From the NCBI GenBank assembly GCA_902477075.1, contig CABSFU010000001.1:94555-158554 (forward strand): 64,000 nt of DNA. Direction: 5' to 3'. This DNA comes from an uncultured Bacillales bacterium (GTDB taxonomy: Bacteria > Bacillota_I > Bacilli_A > RF39 > UBA660). A program made the translations under genes and the position numbers. Shown piece by piece: positions 1 to 9,334 of the stretch. The notes under the pieces are model-generated. The model made no database searches. It was given only the letters and a program-made list of their open reading frames with translations, and was not told the DNA's origin. Positions within the stretch are counted from its first letter, which is position 1; each line of letters starts with the position of its first letter.

Positions 1-192
1 TGTTGTTTAAAGTATGAAAATGAAACGTATCAAAAATGTAAAAAGAAGTTACCAAAAATAGGTGAAATTGTTGAAATAAATAATGAAAAAGGTCAGGTAA
101 TAAGTGTAAACTTAATTAAAGAAACTTATAAAGTGGATTTACAAAAACAAGGAATTGTAGAGGTTCAATATAAAGATGGAAGTAGTAAATGA
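1..192 (+). CDS. 3' end of an upstream gene (partial, C-terminal 63 aa; ...KIGEIVEINNEKGQVISVNL...); product unknown
   Basis: Open frame from the window edge to TGA at 190-192. The position upstream of the yabB-like and rsmI genes suggests a yaaT/yabA-region gene, but this is not established. Confidence 0.3.
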   Translation, partial: CCLKYENETYQKCKKKLPKIGEIVEINNEKGQVISVNLIKETYKVDLQKQGIVEVQYKDGSSK

Positions 193-895
193 TATTCTTG
201 GATATCAAAATTTAAAAATATATCAAAATACAGATATGTTTCAATTTTCTTTGGATTCTGTACTACTTGCTAATTTTGTCACAATAAATCCGAAAGTCCA
301 TAACATTTTAGACATTGGTACTGGAAATGCTATTATACCTATTATTTTAAGTAAAAAGACATCTGCCAAAATAACAGGTGTAGAAATTCAAAAAGAATCA
401 TTTAAATTAGCTATTAAATCTGTGAAAATAAATCAATTAGAAAATCAAATTCAATTAATTCAAAGTGATATTAAAGAATATAGCCAAAAGTTATCCACTG
501 AAACATTTGATGTAATTACCTGTAATCCACCTTTCTTTAAAATAAATGAAAATTCAAATGTAAATGAAAGTATTTATAAAAGAATTGCTAGACATGAAAT
601 TTACTTAAATTTAGAAGATATTATTACTATAAGTAAAAAAATATTAAAAAATAATGGCAGATTAGCTATAGTGCATAGACCAGAAAGATTAATAGAAATT
701 ATAATACTTATGAAAAAACATCGTATTGAACCAAAAAAAATTTGTTTCATTTATCCAAAAATAGGAAAAGAAGCCAACATATTATTAATAGAGGGTGTAA
801 AAAATGGAAAATCGGGTTTAAAAATATTACCTCCCATTTATACATATGACACAAATGGTAATTATACAGAAGAAATTCAAAAATTTTTTAGTTAG
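176..895 (+). CDS. SAM-dependent N6-adenine methyltransferase family protein (YabB/TrmN6-like)
   Basis: Gly-rich SAM motif ILDIGTGNA and catalytic NPPF motif (DVITCNPPFF); sits upstream of rsmI as in the Bacillus yabB-yabC arrangement. Confidence 0.6.
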   Translation: MEVVNDILGYQNLKIYQNTDMFQFSLDSVLLANFVTINPKVHNILDIGTGNAIIPIILSKKTSAKITGVEIQKESFKLAIKSVKINQLENQIQLIQSDIKEYSQKLSTETFDVITCNPPFFKINENSNVNESIYKRIARHEIYLNLEDIITISKKILKNNGRLAIVHRPERLIEIIILMKKHRIEPKKICFIYPKIGKEANILLIEGVKNGKSGLKILPPIYTYDTNGNYTEEIQKFFS

Positions 896-906
896 GAGAA
901 TTCACT

Positions 907-1746
907 ATGTCACAAATTAGTTATAATAACACTCCAACATTGTACTTGATACCAACTCCAATTGGTAATCTAGATGATATTACACTTAGAGCAATTCATG
1001 TATTAAAGGAAGTAGAAGTGGTATTTTCAGAAGATACAAGAGTAACTGCTCTATTATTAAATCATTTAAATATCAAAAAAAAATTAATATCTAATCATGA
1101 ATACAATGAGAGAGAAAATAAAGATAAATTGTTAGAATACTTAAAAAACGGTTATTCTGTTGGACTGGTAAGTGATCGTGGAACGCCTGTTATTAGTGAT
1201 CCAGGATATGAATTAGCTCAAGTGGCAATCGAAAATAATTACAATGTTGTATCTTTACCAGGAGCAACTGCATTAATACCAGCACTTACTGTTTCTGGAA
1301 TTGAACCAATGCCTTTTTTATATTATGGTTTTTTAAATAGCAAAGAAAGTAAAAGAAAAAAAGAGTTAGAAAATTTAAAAAATATAAAATATACAATGAT
1401 TTTTTATGAAGCTCCACATCGTATTACCAAGACATTAGAAGAAATGTTAGAAATTTTGGGAAATAGAAAAATTAGTATTTCTCGGGAAATAACTAAAAAA
1501 TTTGAAGAAGTTTATAGAGGAACTATTCAAGATGTAATAGAAGAAACCAAGGAAATCAAGGGTGAAATCGTTATTGTTGTTTCGGGAAATAAAGAAGAAA
1601 TTTCCTATGATGATTTAAGTATCGAAGATCATATTAATTTGTATATTAAAAATGGTTTAAATTCTAAAGAAGCAATCAAAAAAGTAGCAGAAGATAGAAA
1701 TATTAAAAAAAGCGAAGTTTATAATATTTATCATAGAGGTGAATAA
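907..1746 (+). CDS. rsmI: 16S rRNA (cytidine1402-2'-O)-methyltransferase RsmI
   Basis: Tetrapyrrole-methylase-like N-terminus LYLIPTPIGNLDDITLRA with conserved spacing; 279 aa. Confidence 0.8.
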   Translation: MSQISYNNTPTLYLIPTPIGNLDDITLRAIHVLKEVEVVFSEDTRVTALLLNHLNIKKKLISNHEYNERENKDKLLEYLKNGYSVGLVSDRGTPVISDPGYELAQVAIENNYNVVSLPGATALIPALTVSGIEPMPFLYYGFLNSKESKRKKELENLKNIKYTMIFYEAPHRITKTLEEMLEILGNRKISISREITKKFEEVYRGTIQDVIEETKEIKGEIVIVVSGNKEEISYDDLSIEDHINLYIKNGLNSKEAIKKVAEDRNIKKSEVYNIYHRGE

Positions 1747-1747
1747 A

Positions 1748-2296
1748 ATGAAATTGATAGTAGGACTAGGAAATCCTGGAAAAGAATATGAACAAACACG
1801 TCACAATATGGGCTTTATGATAATTGATGCTTTTGCTTCAAAACATCATATAGTGATTAATAAAAATAAGTTTGATGGGCTTTATACAGAATTTATGGAT
1901 CAAAATGAGAAAGTTATACTTTTAAAACCTCAGAAATATATTAATTTATCTGGAGAAGTAATTAAAAAATATATGGATTTTTTTAAAATTTCAATTAATG
2001 ATCTATTAATTATTAATGATGACTTAGATATGCCATTTGGTAAAGTTAAAATTAAATATAAAGGTAGTAGTGGTGGTCATAATGGTCTTAAAAATATTGA
2101 ATTGCATTTAAAAACACAGGAATATAAAAGAATTAAAGTGGGAATATCTAATAATAAACAAATTGATACAAAAGATTATGTTTTAGGAAAGATAACAGAC
2201 AAAAAATCATTAGAAGAAACGATTCAATTAGGTGTTCATATCTTAGAGGATTATTTCAATATTTCCTTTGACAATTTAATGAATAAATATAATTAA
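1748..2296 (+). CDS. pth: peptidyl-tRNA hydrolase
   Basis: MKLIVGLGNPGKEY...HNGLKN signature; RBS AGAGGTGA precedes the ATG at 1748. The ORF-track start at 1739 is a GTG. Confidence 0.85.
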   Translation: MKLIVGLGNPGKEYEQTRHNMGFMIIDAFASKHHIVINKNKFDGLYTEFMDQNEKVILLKPQKYINLSGEVIKKYMDFFKISINDLLIINDDLDMPFGKVKIKYKGSSGGHNGLKNIELHLKTQEYKRIKVGISNNKQIDTKDYVLGKITDKKSLEETIQLGVHILEDYFNISFDNLMNKYN

Positions 2297-2340
2297 TGAT
2301 ACAAATGTATCATTTTTGTCGTAAAGAAAGGAGAAAAAAT

Positions 2341-5300
2341 ATGTCAATTTTTAATCAATTTATTACAACTAAAGAGTCTTCTATTTCAGGTCTTACAGAT
2401 GAATTAAAAGCTATTTACATTCAAAGTAGATATCAGGACAATTCTATTGTTGTTGTTACAAATACTTTATATGAAGCAAATATACTATTTCAAAGATTAA
2501 AAAGTTACACTAACGAAGTATTGTTTTTTCCCATGGATGATTTTTTAACAAGTGAAGCGTTAGCTGTTTCTCCTGAATTGAAAACAACAAGATTGGAAAC
2601 ACTTTATTCCTTATTAAAAAACAATCATCAAATTGTAGTAACAAATTTAATGGGATATTTAAGATATTTACCAACAAAAAAAGTATTAAATAACAAAATT
2701 ATATCTTTAAAAGTAAATCATGATTATAATATGAATGAACTGATTCAAAAAATTTATTCTATAGGTTATACTAAGGAAACAATTACCTCTGTAACAGGAA
2801 ATTATTCTACTAGAGGATTTGTCATTGATATCTTTCCTATTATGGAAGAACATCCTATTCGATTAGAATTCTGGGGAGATACTTTAGATAGTATAAAATA
2901 TTTTGATGAAAATACTCAAAAAACAATTTCTAGTTTATCAGAAATAAATATTTTTCCGAATACAGAAACTTTAACAGAAACAAATGAAGAATTAAAAAAG
3001 TATTATGAAATAGCCAATTATGGAATTTCAACAAATATAAATCATTATTTATCTCAAGCAATTACTATCTATTACAATTATGATGAATTATTAAAAGGAT
3101 ATGAATTATTACTTTCAGAAATAAAAGATTATAATGAAACGAATCATCAAAATGAAAAATATATGAATCATTTGGATGAAATAGAGGAAAAATCTACTAT
3201 TTATTTATTATCATTTGATAATTGTGTACAAAGTACAGCAAATTATGCTTCTTATAATTTAGAAGAATTGCCGAAAAAAATAGAAGATTTAGAGAAACAA
3301 TTATCAAGTTATATAGAGCATAAAAAAACAGTTATAATTTGTTTATCAGACCAATATAAAATTAATAAAGTATTAGATGAACTATCTATTCCAACAATTT
3401 TAACAAATGAAAATGAGATTTTTTCTCAAAAAATTAATATTATTCAAAAAAATATAATGAATGGTTTTTTGTTTGAAAATTATATTGTAATTAGTGAGAA
3501 TGAATTATTTCATAAAAAGAATGTCATTTCTAAATATCATAGCACTTTTAAATATGGTACTAAAATAAGAGATATTAATAAATTAAATATTGGAGATTAT
3601 ATTGTTCATAATTTATATGGAATCGGTAAATACATGGGTTTAAAAACTTTACAAAAAAATGGCTATAAAAAAGATTATTTGACAGTAGAATATCAAGACC
3701 ATGATAAACTTTATATACCGGTTGAAAAAATTGAATTTATTAGTAAATTTTCATCAAATGAAGGTGTACAACCTAAAATTAATAAATTAGGTTCTTCTGA
3801 ATGGGAAAAAACAAAGTTAAAAGTTCGTAAAAAAATAGAAGATATAGCAGGTGACCTAATAAGATTGTATGCAGCTAGAGAATCAAGCATAGGATTTGCA
3901 ATGGAAAAAGATGACGAAACACAAATTTTATTTGAAAGTAGATTTCCTTATCAAGAAACGGAAGATCAAAAGAAAGCCTCGGAAGAGATAAAAAAAGATA
4001 TGGAAAGTTTAAAACCAATGGATCGATTATTATGTGGAGATGTTGGTTTTGGTAAAACAGAAGTTGCTTTTAGAGCTATTATGAAAGCTATTTTGTCAGG
4101 AAAACAAGTAGCTTATTTATGTCCGACAACTATCCTATCTAATCAGCATTATAATAACGCTTTGGAAAGATTTAAGAATTTTCCAGTAAACATAGCGTTA
4201 TTAAATCGTTTTGTTACACCGAAAGAAGTGAAACAAACACTACAGGACTTAAAAGAAGGAAAAGTAGATTTTATTATTGGTACTCATCGTTTACTAAGCG
4301 AAGATGTTCAGTTTAAAAATTTAGGATTATTAGTAATAGATGAAGAACAAAGATTTGGTGTAAAGCATAAAGAAAAAATTAAATCATTAAAAAATAATAT
4401 TGATATTTTGACATTATCAGCTACTCCAATTCCTAGAACTTTGCAAATGTCAATGATGGGAATACGAAATTTATCTTTAATTGAAACACCACCAGTAGAT
4501 CGTTTTCCGGTTCAAACTTATGTACTAGAAGAAAATAATAGCATTATTAAAGATGCCGTTTATAAAGAAATTGCTCGTGATGGCCAAGTATTTATTTTGT
4601 ATAATTATGTAGCGGATATTGAAAGAAAGAAACAAGAATTAGAGAGAATCTTACCAGGTGTAAAGATTGGTTTTGCACATGGCAGAATGTCAAAGACAGA
4701 ATTAGAAAATGTAATGCTTCGCTTTATAAATAAAGAATTTGATGTTTTATTATGTACGACTATTATTGAAACTGGTATTGATATACCAAGCGCTAATACT
4801 TTAATAATTATTGATGCAGATCATTTTGGTTTATCCCAATTGTATCAAATAAGAGGTAGAGTAGGAAGAAGCAATAAAATAGCTTATTGTTATTTAATGT
4901 ATAATAAAGGTAAGTCTTTATCAGATATTGCTACGAAACGATTAAACGTTATAAAAGAATTTACTGAGCTTGGAAGTGGTTTTTCAATTGCTATGCGAGA
5001 TTTATCTATTCGAGGTGCTGGTGATATTTTAGGAAGCGAGCAAGCTGGCTTTATTGATACAGTAGGTATTGATTTATATTTACAAATGTTAGAGGAAGAG
5101 GTAAATAAAATAAAAGGTTTACCTGTAAAAACAATTTCAAAAGAAGATGAAAAACCTCTTATTGATATTTCAACATCTATAGAAGATAGTTATGTAGATG
5201 ATACGGATTTAAAATTAGAAATTCATAAAAAAATTAATGAAATTGATACTTATGAAAAATTGTTGGAAATCAAAGAGGAATTGGAAGATCGATTTGGTAA

Positions 5301-5601
5301 AATCAGCGATAACTTGTTAATTTACATGTATGAAGAATGGTTTGAAAAATTAGCAAAAAATTTGAAAATTAACAAGATTAGACAAACACCTAACTTTATT
5401 GAAGTAACTTTACCAAAAGAAATATCAAATAATTTAAATGGTGAATTATTCTTTAAAGAGGTTAGTAATTTATCAAGAATGTTTCGCTTTTCTAAAAAAC
5501 AGGATAACATTATTATTACCTTAGATATTATTAAATTAGATAAACATTTTATTTATTACTTGATTGATTTAATGAAAATATTACAGAAATCTATAAATTA
5601 A
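2341..5601 (+). CDS. mfd: transcription-repair coupling factor Mfd
   Basis: UvrB-homology N-terminus, Walker A GDVGFGKTEV, DEEQRFGV helicase box and TRG/C-terminal domain; pth-mfd-spoVT synteny; RBS AAGGAGAAAAAATATG at 2341. Confidence 0.9.
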   Translation: MSIFNQFITTKESSISGLTDELKAIYIQSRYQDNSIVVVTNTLYEANILFQRLKSYTNEVLFFPMDDFLTSEALAVSPELKTTRLETLYSLLKNNHQIVVTNLMGYLRYLPTKKVLNNKIISLKVNHDYNMNELIQKIYSIGYTKETITSVTGNYSTRGFVIDIFPIMEEHPIRLEFWGDTLDSIKYFDENTQKTISSLSEINIFPNTETLTETNEELKKYYEIANYGISTNINHYLSQAITIYYNYDELLKGYELLLSEIKDYNETNHQNEKYMNHLDEIEEKSTIYLLSFDNCVQSTANYASYNLEELPKKIEDLEKQLSSYIEHKKTVIICLSDQYKINKVLDELSIPTILTNENEIFSQKINIIQKNIMNGFLFENYIVISENELFHKKNVISKYHSTFKYGTKIRDINKLNIGDYIVHNLYGIGKYMGLKTLQKNGYKKDYLTVEYQDHDKLYIPVEKIEFISKFSSNEGVQPKINKLGSSEWEKTKLKVRKKIEDIAGDLIRLYAARESSIGFAMEKDDETQILFESRFPYQETEDQKKASEEIKKDMESLKPMDRLLCGDVGFGKTEVAFRAIMKAILSGKQVAYLCPTTILSNQHYNNALERFKNFPVNIALLNRFVTPKEVKQTLQDLKEGKVDFIIGTHRLLSEDVQFKNLGLLVIDEEQRFGVKHKEKIKSLKNNIDILTLSATPIPRTLQMSMMGIRNLSLIETPPVDRFPVQTYVLEENNSIIKDAVYKEIARDGQVFILYNYVADIERKKQELERILPGVKIGFAHGRMSKTELENVMLRFINKEFDVLLCTTIIETGIDIPSANTLIIIDADHFGLSQLYQIRGRVGRSNKIAYCYLMYNKGKSLSDIATKRLNVIKEFTELGSGFSIAMRDLSIRGAGDILGSEQAGFIDTVGIDLYLQMLEEEVNKIKGLPVKTISKEDEKPLIDISTSIEDSYVDDTDLKLEIHKKINEIDTYEKLLEIKEELEDRFGKISDNLLIYMYEEWFEKLAKNLKINKIRQTPNFIEVTLPKEISNNLNGELFFKEVSNLSRMFRFSKKQDNIIITLDIIKLDKHFIYYLIDLMKILQKSIN

Positions 5602-5639
5602 GTAGTTTTAATACTTGAAATTCTAATGCTTATTTGATA

Positions 5640-5776
5640 TATTAGACATGTAAATAAAAATAGTAATATAGTTTGTAGATAGCAAATTTTTAGCGTTTGC
5701 TATATGCAAACGGGGGGGGGGAGTATTTTTAAATACCTCTTCTTTTTTGTTGCTATAAAAGGGAAGGATGAAGGAC
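5640..5776 (+). promoter_or_regulatory. Conserved 5' leader of pilin-like gene copy 1: TAGTAATAT -10-like box, GTTTGC-N5-GCAAAC palindrome, G10 homopolymer (5712-5721), hairpin plus U-run
   Basis: About 85-90% identical to the sequences upstream of the paralogs at 35940 and 40495, although the upstream genes there are unrelated. Confidence 0.45.
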
Positions 5777-6784
5777 ATGAAAAAAGGATTTACATTAATA
5801 GAATTATTAGCTGTGATAGTAATATTATCCGTGATTACCTTAATTACAGTACCAATGATAACAAATGTAATCGAAGAAAGTAAAAAGAAAGCACTAGCAT
5901 CTAGTGTAGAGGGACTAGTAGAATCCGCTAATTTGTATGCCATAGAAAAAGATGGAGTCTATGAATTTTTATTTGATGAAGAACACAAAGGAAGTACAAA
6001 AAAAGGAGAAAGCCTAGATTATAGAGGAACCATAGATGGGGAAGGAAAACTCTATTTAGATAAAGAGGGAAATGTAAGTGTTTGTATCTCAAATGATAAT
6101 TATTATGTATATAAAAACTATAATAGTGGAATTATCGTAGGAGAGAGAAAAGCTGGAAATTGTATCATAGGATTTGATGCTTTAACAAATAAATATGTAG
6201 CAATGTTAGATAATGGAACAGGGAATGTTAGTAATGTGTATTCCAAAGATGAAGTAAATAACTTAGTAGATACAAAAGTAACAGAATTAGATACTAAAAT
6301 AACAAATAATACAAATGAAATCACAAACATGAAAAGTAATATAGAAGAATTACAAAATAATTTAAATAACTATGCTTTACAAAGTGAATTGGATAAGACA
6401 AATACCAATGTAGAAAACTTATCTAGTTTGGTAAATAGCAATCAAAAATCAATACAAGAATTACAAAATTCATCTTCTAATTTAAATGGAACACATGGTA
6501 TTGTAGTTGTATTTAGTAGACTTCATTCCAATGTTTATGCTCTTTCTAATACTGTTTACATGGGAGATTTAAGAAATAAAAGTGTTTCTATAACTAATGC
6601 AGCTATCGACGGAGAAGTGTTCTTAACTGACTCAGAACTAAAAATTATAAATCAATATCTTGAAGTAGGAAAAGACGGTATAACTGTTAAATTAGAAAAT
6701 TTAAATGATTCTAACGTAGTTGCTTTAGCAAAAAAATTAGCAACAGCAGCACTTAATATGGTAGTAGTAATATCTGATAAATAA
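5777..6784 (+). CDS. prepilin-type N-terminal cleavage/methylation domain protein (pilin-like/pseudopilin-like), paralog 1
   Basis: MKKGFTLIELLAVIVILSVITLITVPM class-III signal peptide; Asn/Thr-rich coiled-coil middle region; unique C-terminal ~100 aa. Confidence 0.6.
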   Translation: MKKGFTLIELLAVIVILSVITLITVPMITNVIEESKKKALASSVEGLVESANLYAIEKDGVYEFLFDEEHKGSTKKGESLDYRGTIDGEGKLYLDKEGNVSVCISNDNYYVYKNYNSGIIVGERKAGNCIIGFDALTNKYVAMLDNGTGNVSNVYSKDEVNNLVDTKVTELDTKITNNTNEITNMKSNIEELQNNLNNYALQSELDKTNTNVENLSSLVNSNQKSIQELQNSSSNLNGTHGIVVVFSRLHSNVYALSNTVYMGDLRNKSVSITNAAIDGEVFLTDSELKIINQYLEVGKDGITVKLENLNDSNVVALAKKLATAALNMVVVISDK

Positions 6785-6825
6785 AATAAAAAAATTCTAA
6801 TTTTATGTTAGAATTTTTAATTTTA

Positions 6826-8445
6826 TTATTTTTTTTCAAGAAAATCAATAATGTTAGGTATAATTTGTTTTTTTCTAGAAACACATTCAGGAATAAAAGC
6901 TCCTTCTTTTAAATCATTGATATCAAAACAATTATCTAAAATATCTTGTGCTGTTTCATTGTAAATAATATAAGAACCATTTTTTATAATATCTGTAACA
7001 AATAATGCAATAATTAAATTATCATTATGCTCGGCTACTTCATTAACAAGGTCTACATAGTCATTTAGTTCATCTAATACATCATTAGGTGACAAAGTCA
7101 GAATTTGTCCAATACCGATTTTATTATTATTAACATTAAAATTTTTAAAATCGGAATATAAAACTTCTTCTTTTGTTTTATTTTTTAATGAAGAACCGGC
7201 TTTTAACATTTCCATTCCATAATTTTCATAATCTACATTTGCTATATTTGCTAAATCAAATACAGCTTCTTTATCTTTGCTTGTTGTAGTAGGAGATCTA
7301 AATAATAAGGTATCTGAAATTATACCAGATAACATTAATCCTGCTATATTAGCTGGAATTTCAATATTATTTTCTTTGTACATTGCATAAAGAATAGTAT
7401 TTGTACTACCAACTGGCATATTTCTAAAGCTAATAGGATATTTTGTATCTAAATTTCCAATTTTATGGTGATCAACTATTTCCATAATTTCTGCTTCTTC
7501 AATACCATCTACACTTTGTAACATTTCATTATGATCTACTAGAATTACTTTTTTCTTTGTTGCGTCATTAATATCTGATAATCTTAACATTCCTAAACAT
7601 TTATCTTCTTTGTCTAATACAGGATAATTTGTATATTTATTTTTTTTCGTAATAGCAATAAAATCATCAACATCTTCATCATCTGTAATTGTAATAATAT
7701 TTTCTTTTAATGTAATACTGTCTACATAATTAGATAACCAAATTTTTCTTGTTGTATCAAAACTGCTTTCATTGGATAAAATAATATTGATGTGATATTG
7801 TTTTGCTAAAGCTAAATGTTCATCCTTAATAAAAGAATTTTTAGTTAAAATAATCATTTTAACTTTCGATTTAATAGCATATTCAATGATACTATGTCTA
7901 TCTCCAACAATTAAAACAGTATCTTTATTTAGTGATATATTTTCAATAAAGGTAGTACTACTATAAGAGGTAACTACTACATTACCATTTATTTCATCAT
8001 CAAATTTTAATATTTCCTTCGCATTTAATGTTTTAATGATATTATTGTATGAAGTACACAAAGTATCAATTTTATCATTTATTTGATGTTTAGCAATATC
8101 TTTTAACGAAACTAGTCCAACAAATTTATCATTTTTAACAACTGGAACAGATCCGACATTATATTCGTTCATATAAAGAAAACAATTATAGATTGTGTCA
8201 TGATAATCTTTTGCATAGTTTTTTAAATAATTTAAATCTTTAATTTGTAATCTAACATCATTTAAATATTTTGGTTCTTTTTCATTGAAATAATTCAAAA
8301 CAAACTTTGTTTCATTGTTAGGATGCCCTAGAATTCTAGCTTCTGTATTCAATCCTAATTTATTTTTTAAATAAGATAGTGAAATAGCTGCCGTTACACT
8401 ATCGGTATCAGGTTTTTTGTGCCCAAAAATGCTTATTTTTTCCAT
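6826..8445 (-). CDS. CBS-domain-containing family II (Mn-dependent, DHH/DHHA2) inorganic pyrophosphatase
   Basis: HKKPDTDS DHH motif, a central CBS pair, and GIISDTLLFRSPTTT DHHA2 motif. Confidence 0.7.
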   Translation of the reverse strand: MEKISIFGHKKPDTDSVTAAISLSYLKNKLGLNTEARILGHPNNETKFVLNYFNEKEPKYLNDVRLQIKDLNYLKNYAKDYHDTIYNCFLYMNEYNVGSVPVVKNDKFVGLVSLKDIAKHQINDKIDTLCTSYNNIIKTLNAKEILKFDDEINGNVVVTSYSSTTFIENISLNKDTVLIVGDRHSIIEYAIKSKVKMIILTKNSFIKDEHLALAKQYHINIILSNESSFDTTRKIWLSNYVDSITLKENIITITDDEDVDDFIAITKKNKYTNYPVLDKEDKCLGMLRLSDINDATKKKVILVDHNEMLQSVDGIEEAEIMEIVDHHKIGNLDTKYPISFRNMPVGSTNTILYAMYKENNIEIPANIAGLMLSGIISDTLLFRSPTTTSKDKEAVFDLANIANVDYENYGMEMLKAGSSLKNKTKEEVLYSDFKNFNVNNNKIGIGQILTLSPNDVLDELNDYVDLVNEVAEHNDNLIIALFVTDIIKNGSYIIYNETAQDILDNCFDINDLKEGAFIPECVSRKKQIIPNIIDFLEKK

Positions 8446-8554
8446 ATACTTCTCCTTCCCTGATTTCTACTAAAAAATTATATCATAAAATTTCAAAAAT
8501 TAAAGTATAAAAAACGTATTTTAAACGAAAATATCTTATAGAGAGAGGTGAGGT

Positions 8555-9079
8555 ATGAAATCAACTGGTATGATGCGACGAATTGATGAACTTGGTAGAA
8601 TTGTTATTCCAAAAGAGATTCGAAAAAATTTAAGAATCAAAGAAGGAGAAAATTTAGAAATTTATGTAGAAAATGAAACAATTTTGCTAAAAAAATATTC
8701 ACCATTAAAGAATTTAGTGGAAATGGCTACCATTTATGCAGAAGTTATTAATTCATTTATAAAAGAAAATGTTGTTATCACGGATAATGATACAATAATT
8801 GCAGTTAGTGGAAAATACAAAAAGAAATTATTAAGTAAAAATATCAGTGATTCTTTATTAAAATCAATTGAAAGAAGAGAAAATATTTTAGAAACACATA
8901 AAAAAACTTTAAGTATTGTAGATGACTATGAAGTAACTTACTCTTTACATACTATTGTGGTAAATGGTGATTCTGTTGGGTTAGTTTTAATTTTCTCTGA
9001 AAATGATAAAATGGATGAAAAAATAGATAATGCTTGTGTTATGGCTGCAAATTTTTTAGCAAAATATCTTGAAGACTAA
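8555..9079 (+). CDS. spoVT: stage V sporulation protein T (AbrB-type N-domain plus GAF-like C-domain)
   Basis: RIDELGRIVIPKEIR swapped-hairpin motif; about 174 aa; lies next to mfd as in Bacillus. Confidence 0.7.
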   Translation: MKSTGMMRRIDELGRIVIPKEIRKNLRIKEGENLEIYVENETILLKKYSPLKNLVEMATIYAEVINSFIKENVVITDNDTIIAVSGKYKKKLLSKNISDSLLKSIERRENILETHKKTLSIVDDYEVTYSLHTIVVNGDSVGLVLIFSENDKMDEKIDNACVMAANFLAKYLED

Positions 9080-9099
9080 GGAAAAATATGATATATTAG

Positions 9100-9318
9100 G
9101 TACGTAAAAATGTTGAAGGAAAGAAAAATATCTTCTTTTTGTAGAGACTTTGTGGTTGGTGTAAACAAAGAAAAGAAATATTGTAAATGGTTCTGGAGTT
9201 GCCTATGTGATATTTAGCTTAGGCCGTAATCTTGCGTTAAAAGTTTGAGATAAAAACAATGTTTTTAAATAAGGTGGTACCGCGATAAATTCGCCCTTAT
9301 AAGGTACTTTTTTTTGTT
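9100..9318 (+). promoter_or_regulatory. T-box riboswitch leader (probably Met-specific) ahead of metG
   Basis: Stem-I AGAGA motif at ~9143; canonical T-box sequence AAGGTGGTACCGCG at 9269-9284; downstream hairpin and U8 run 9310-9317 immediately 5' of the metG RBS. Confidence 0.65.
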
Positions 9319-9334
9319 GTTTAAGGAGGATTTT

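Noticed and set aside
5623-5943. Minus-strand ORFs antisense to the conserved 5' ends of the pilin-like genes (also 6118-6330, 36414-36818, 40569-40772, 40959-41174)
   Set aside because: They appear conserved only because the sense gene is conserved. Low-complexity composition, no RBS, and entirely inside stronger coding frames.
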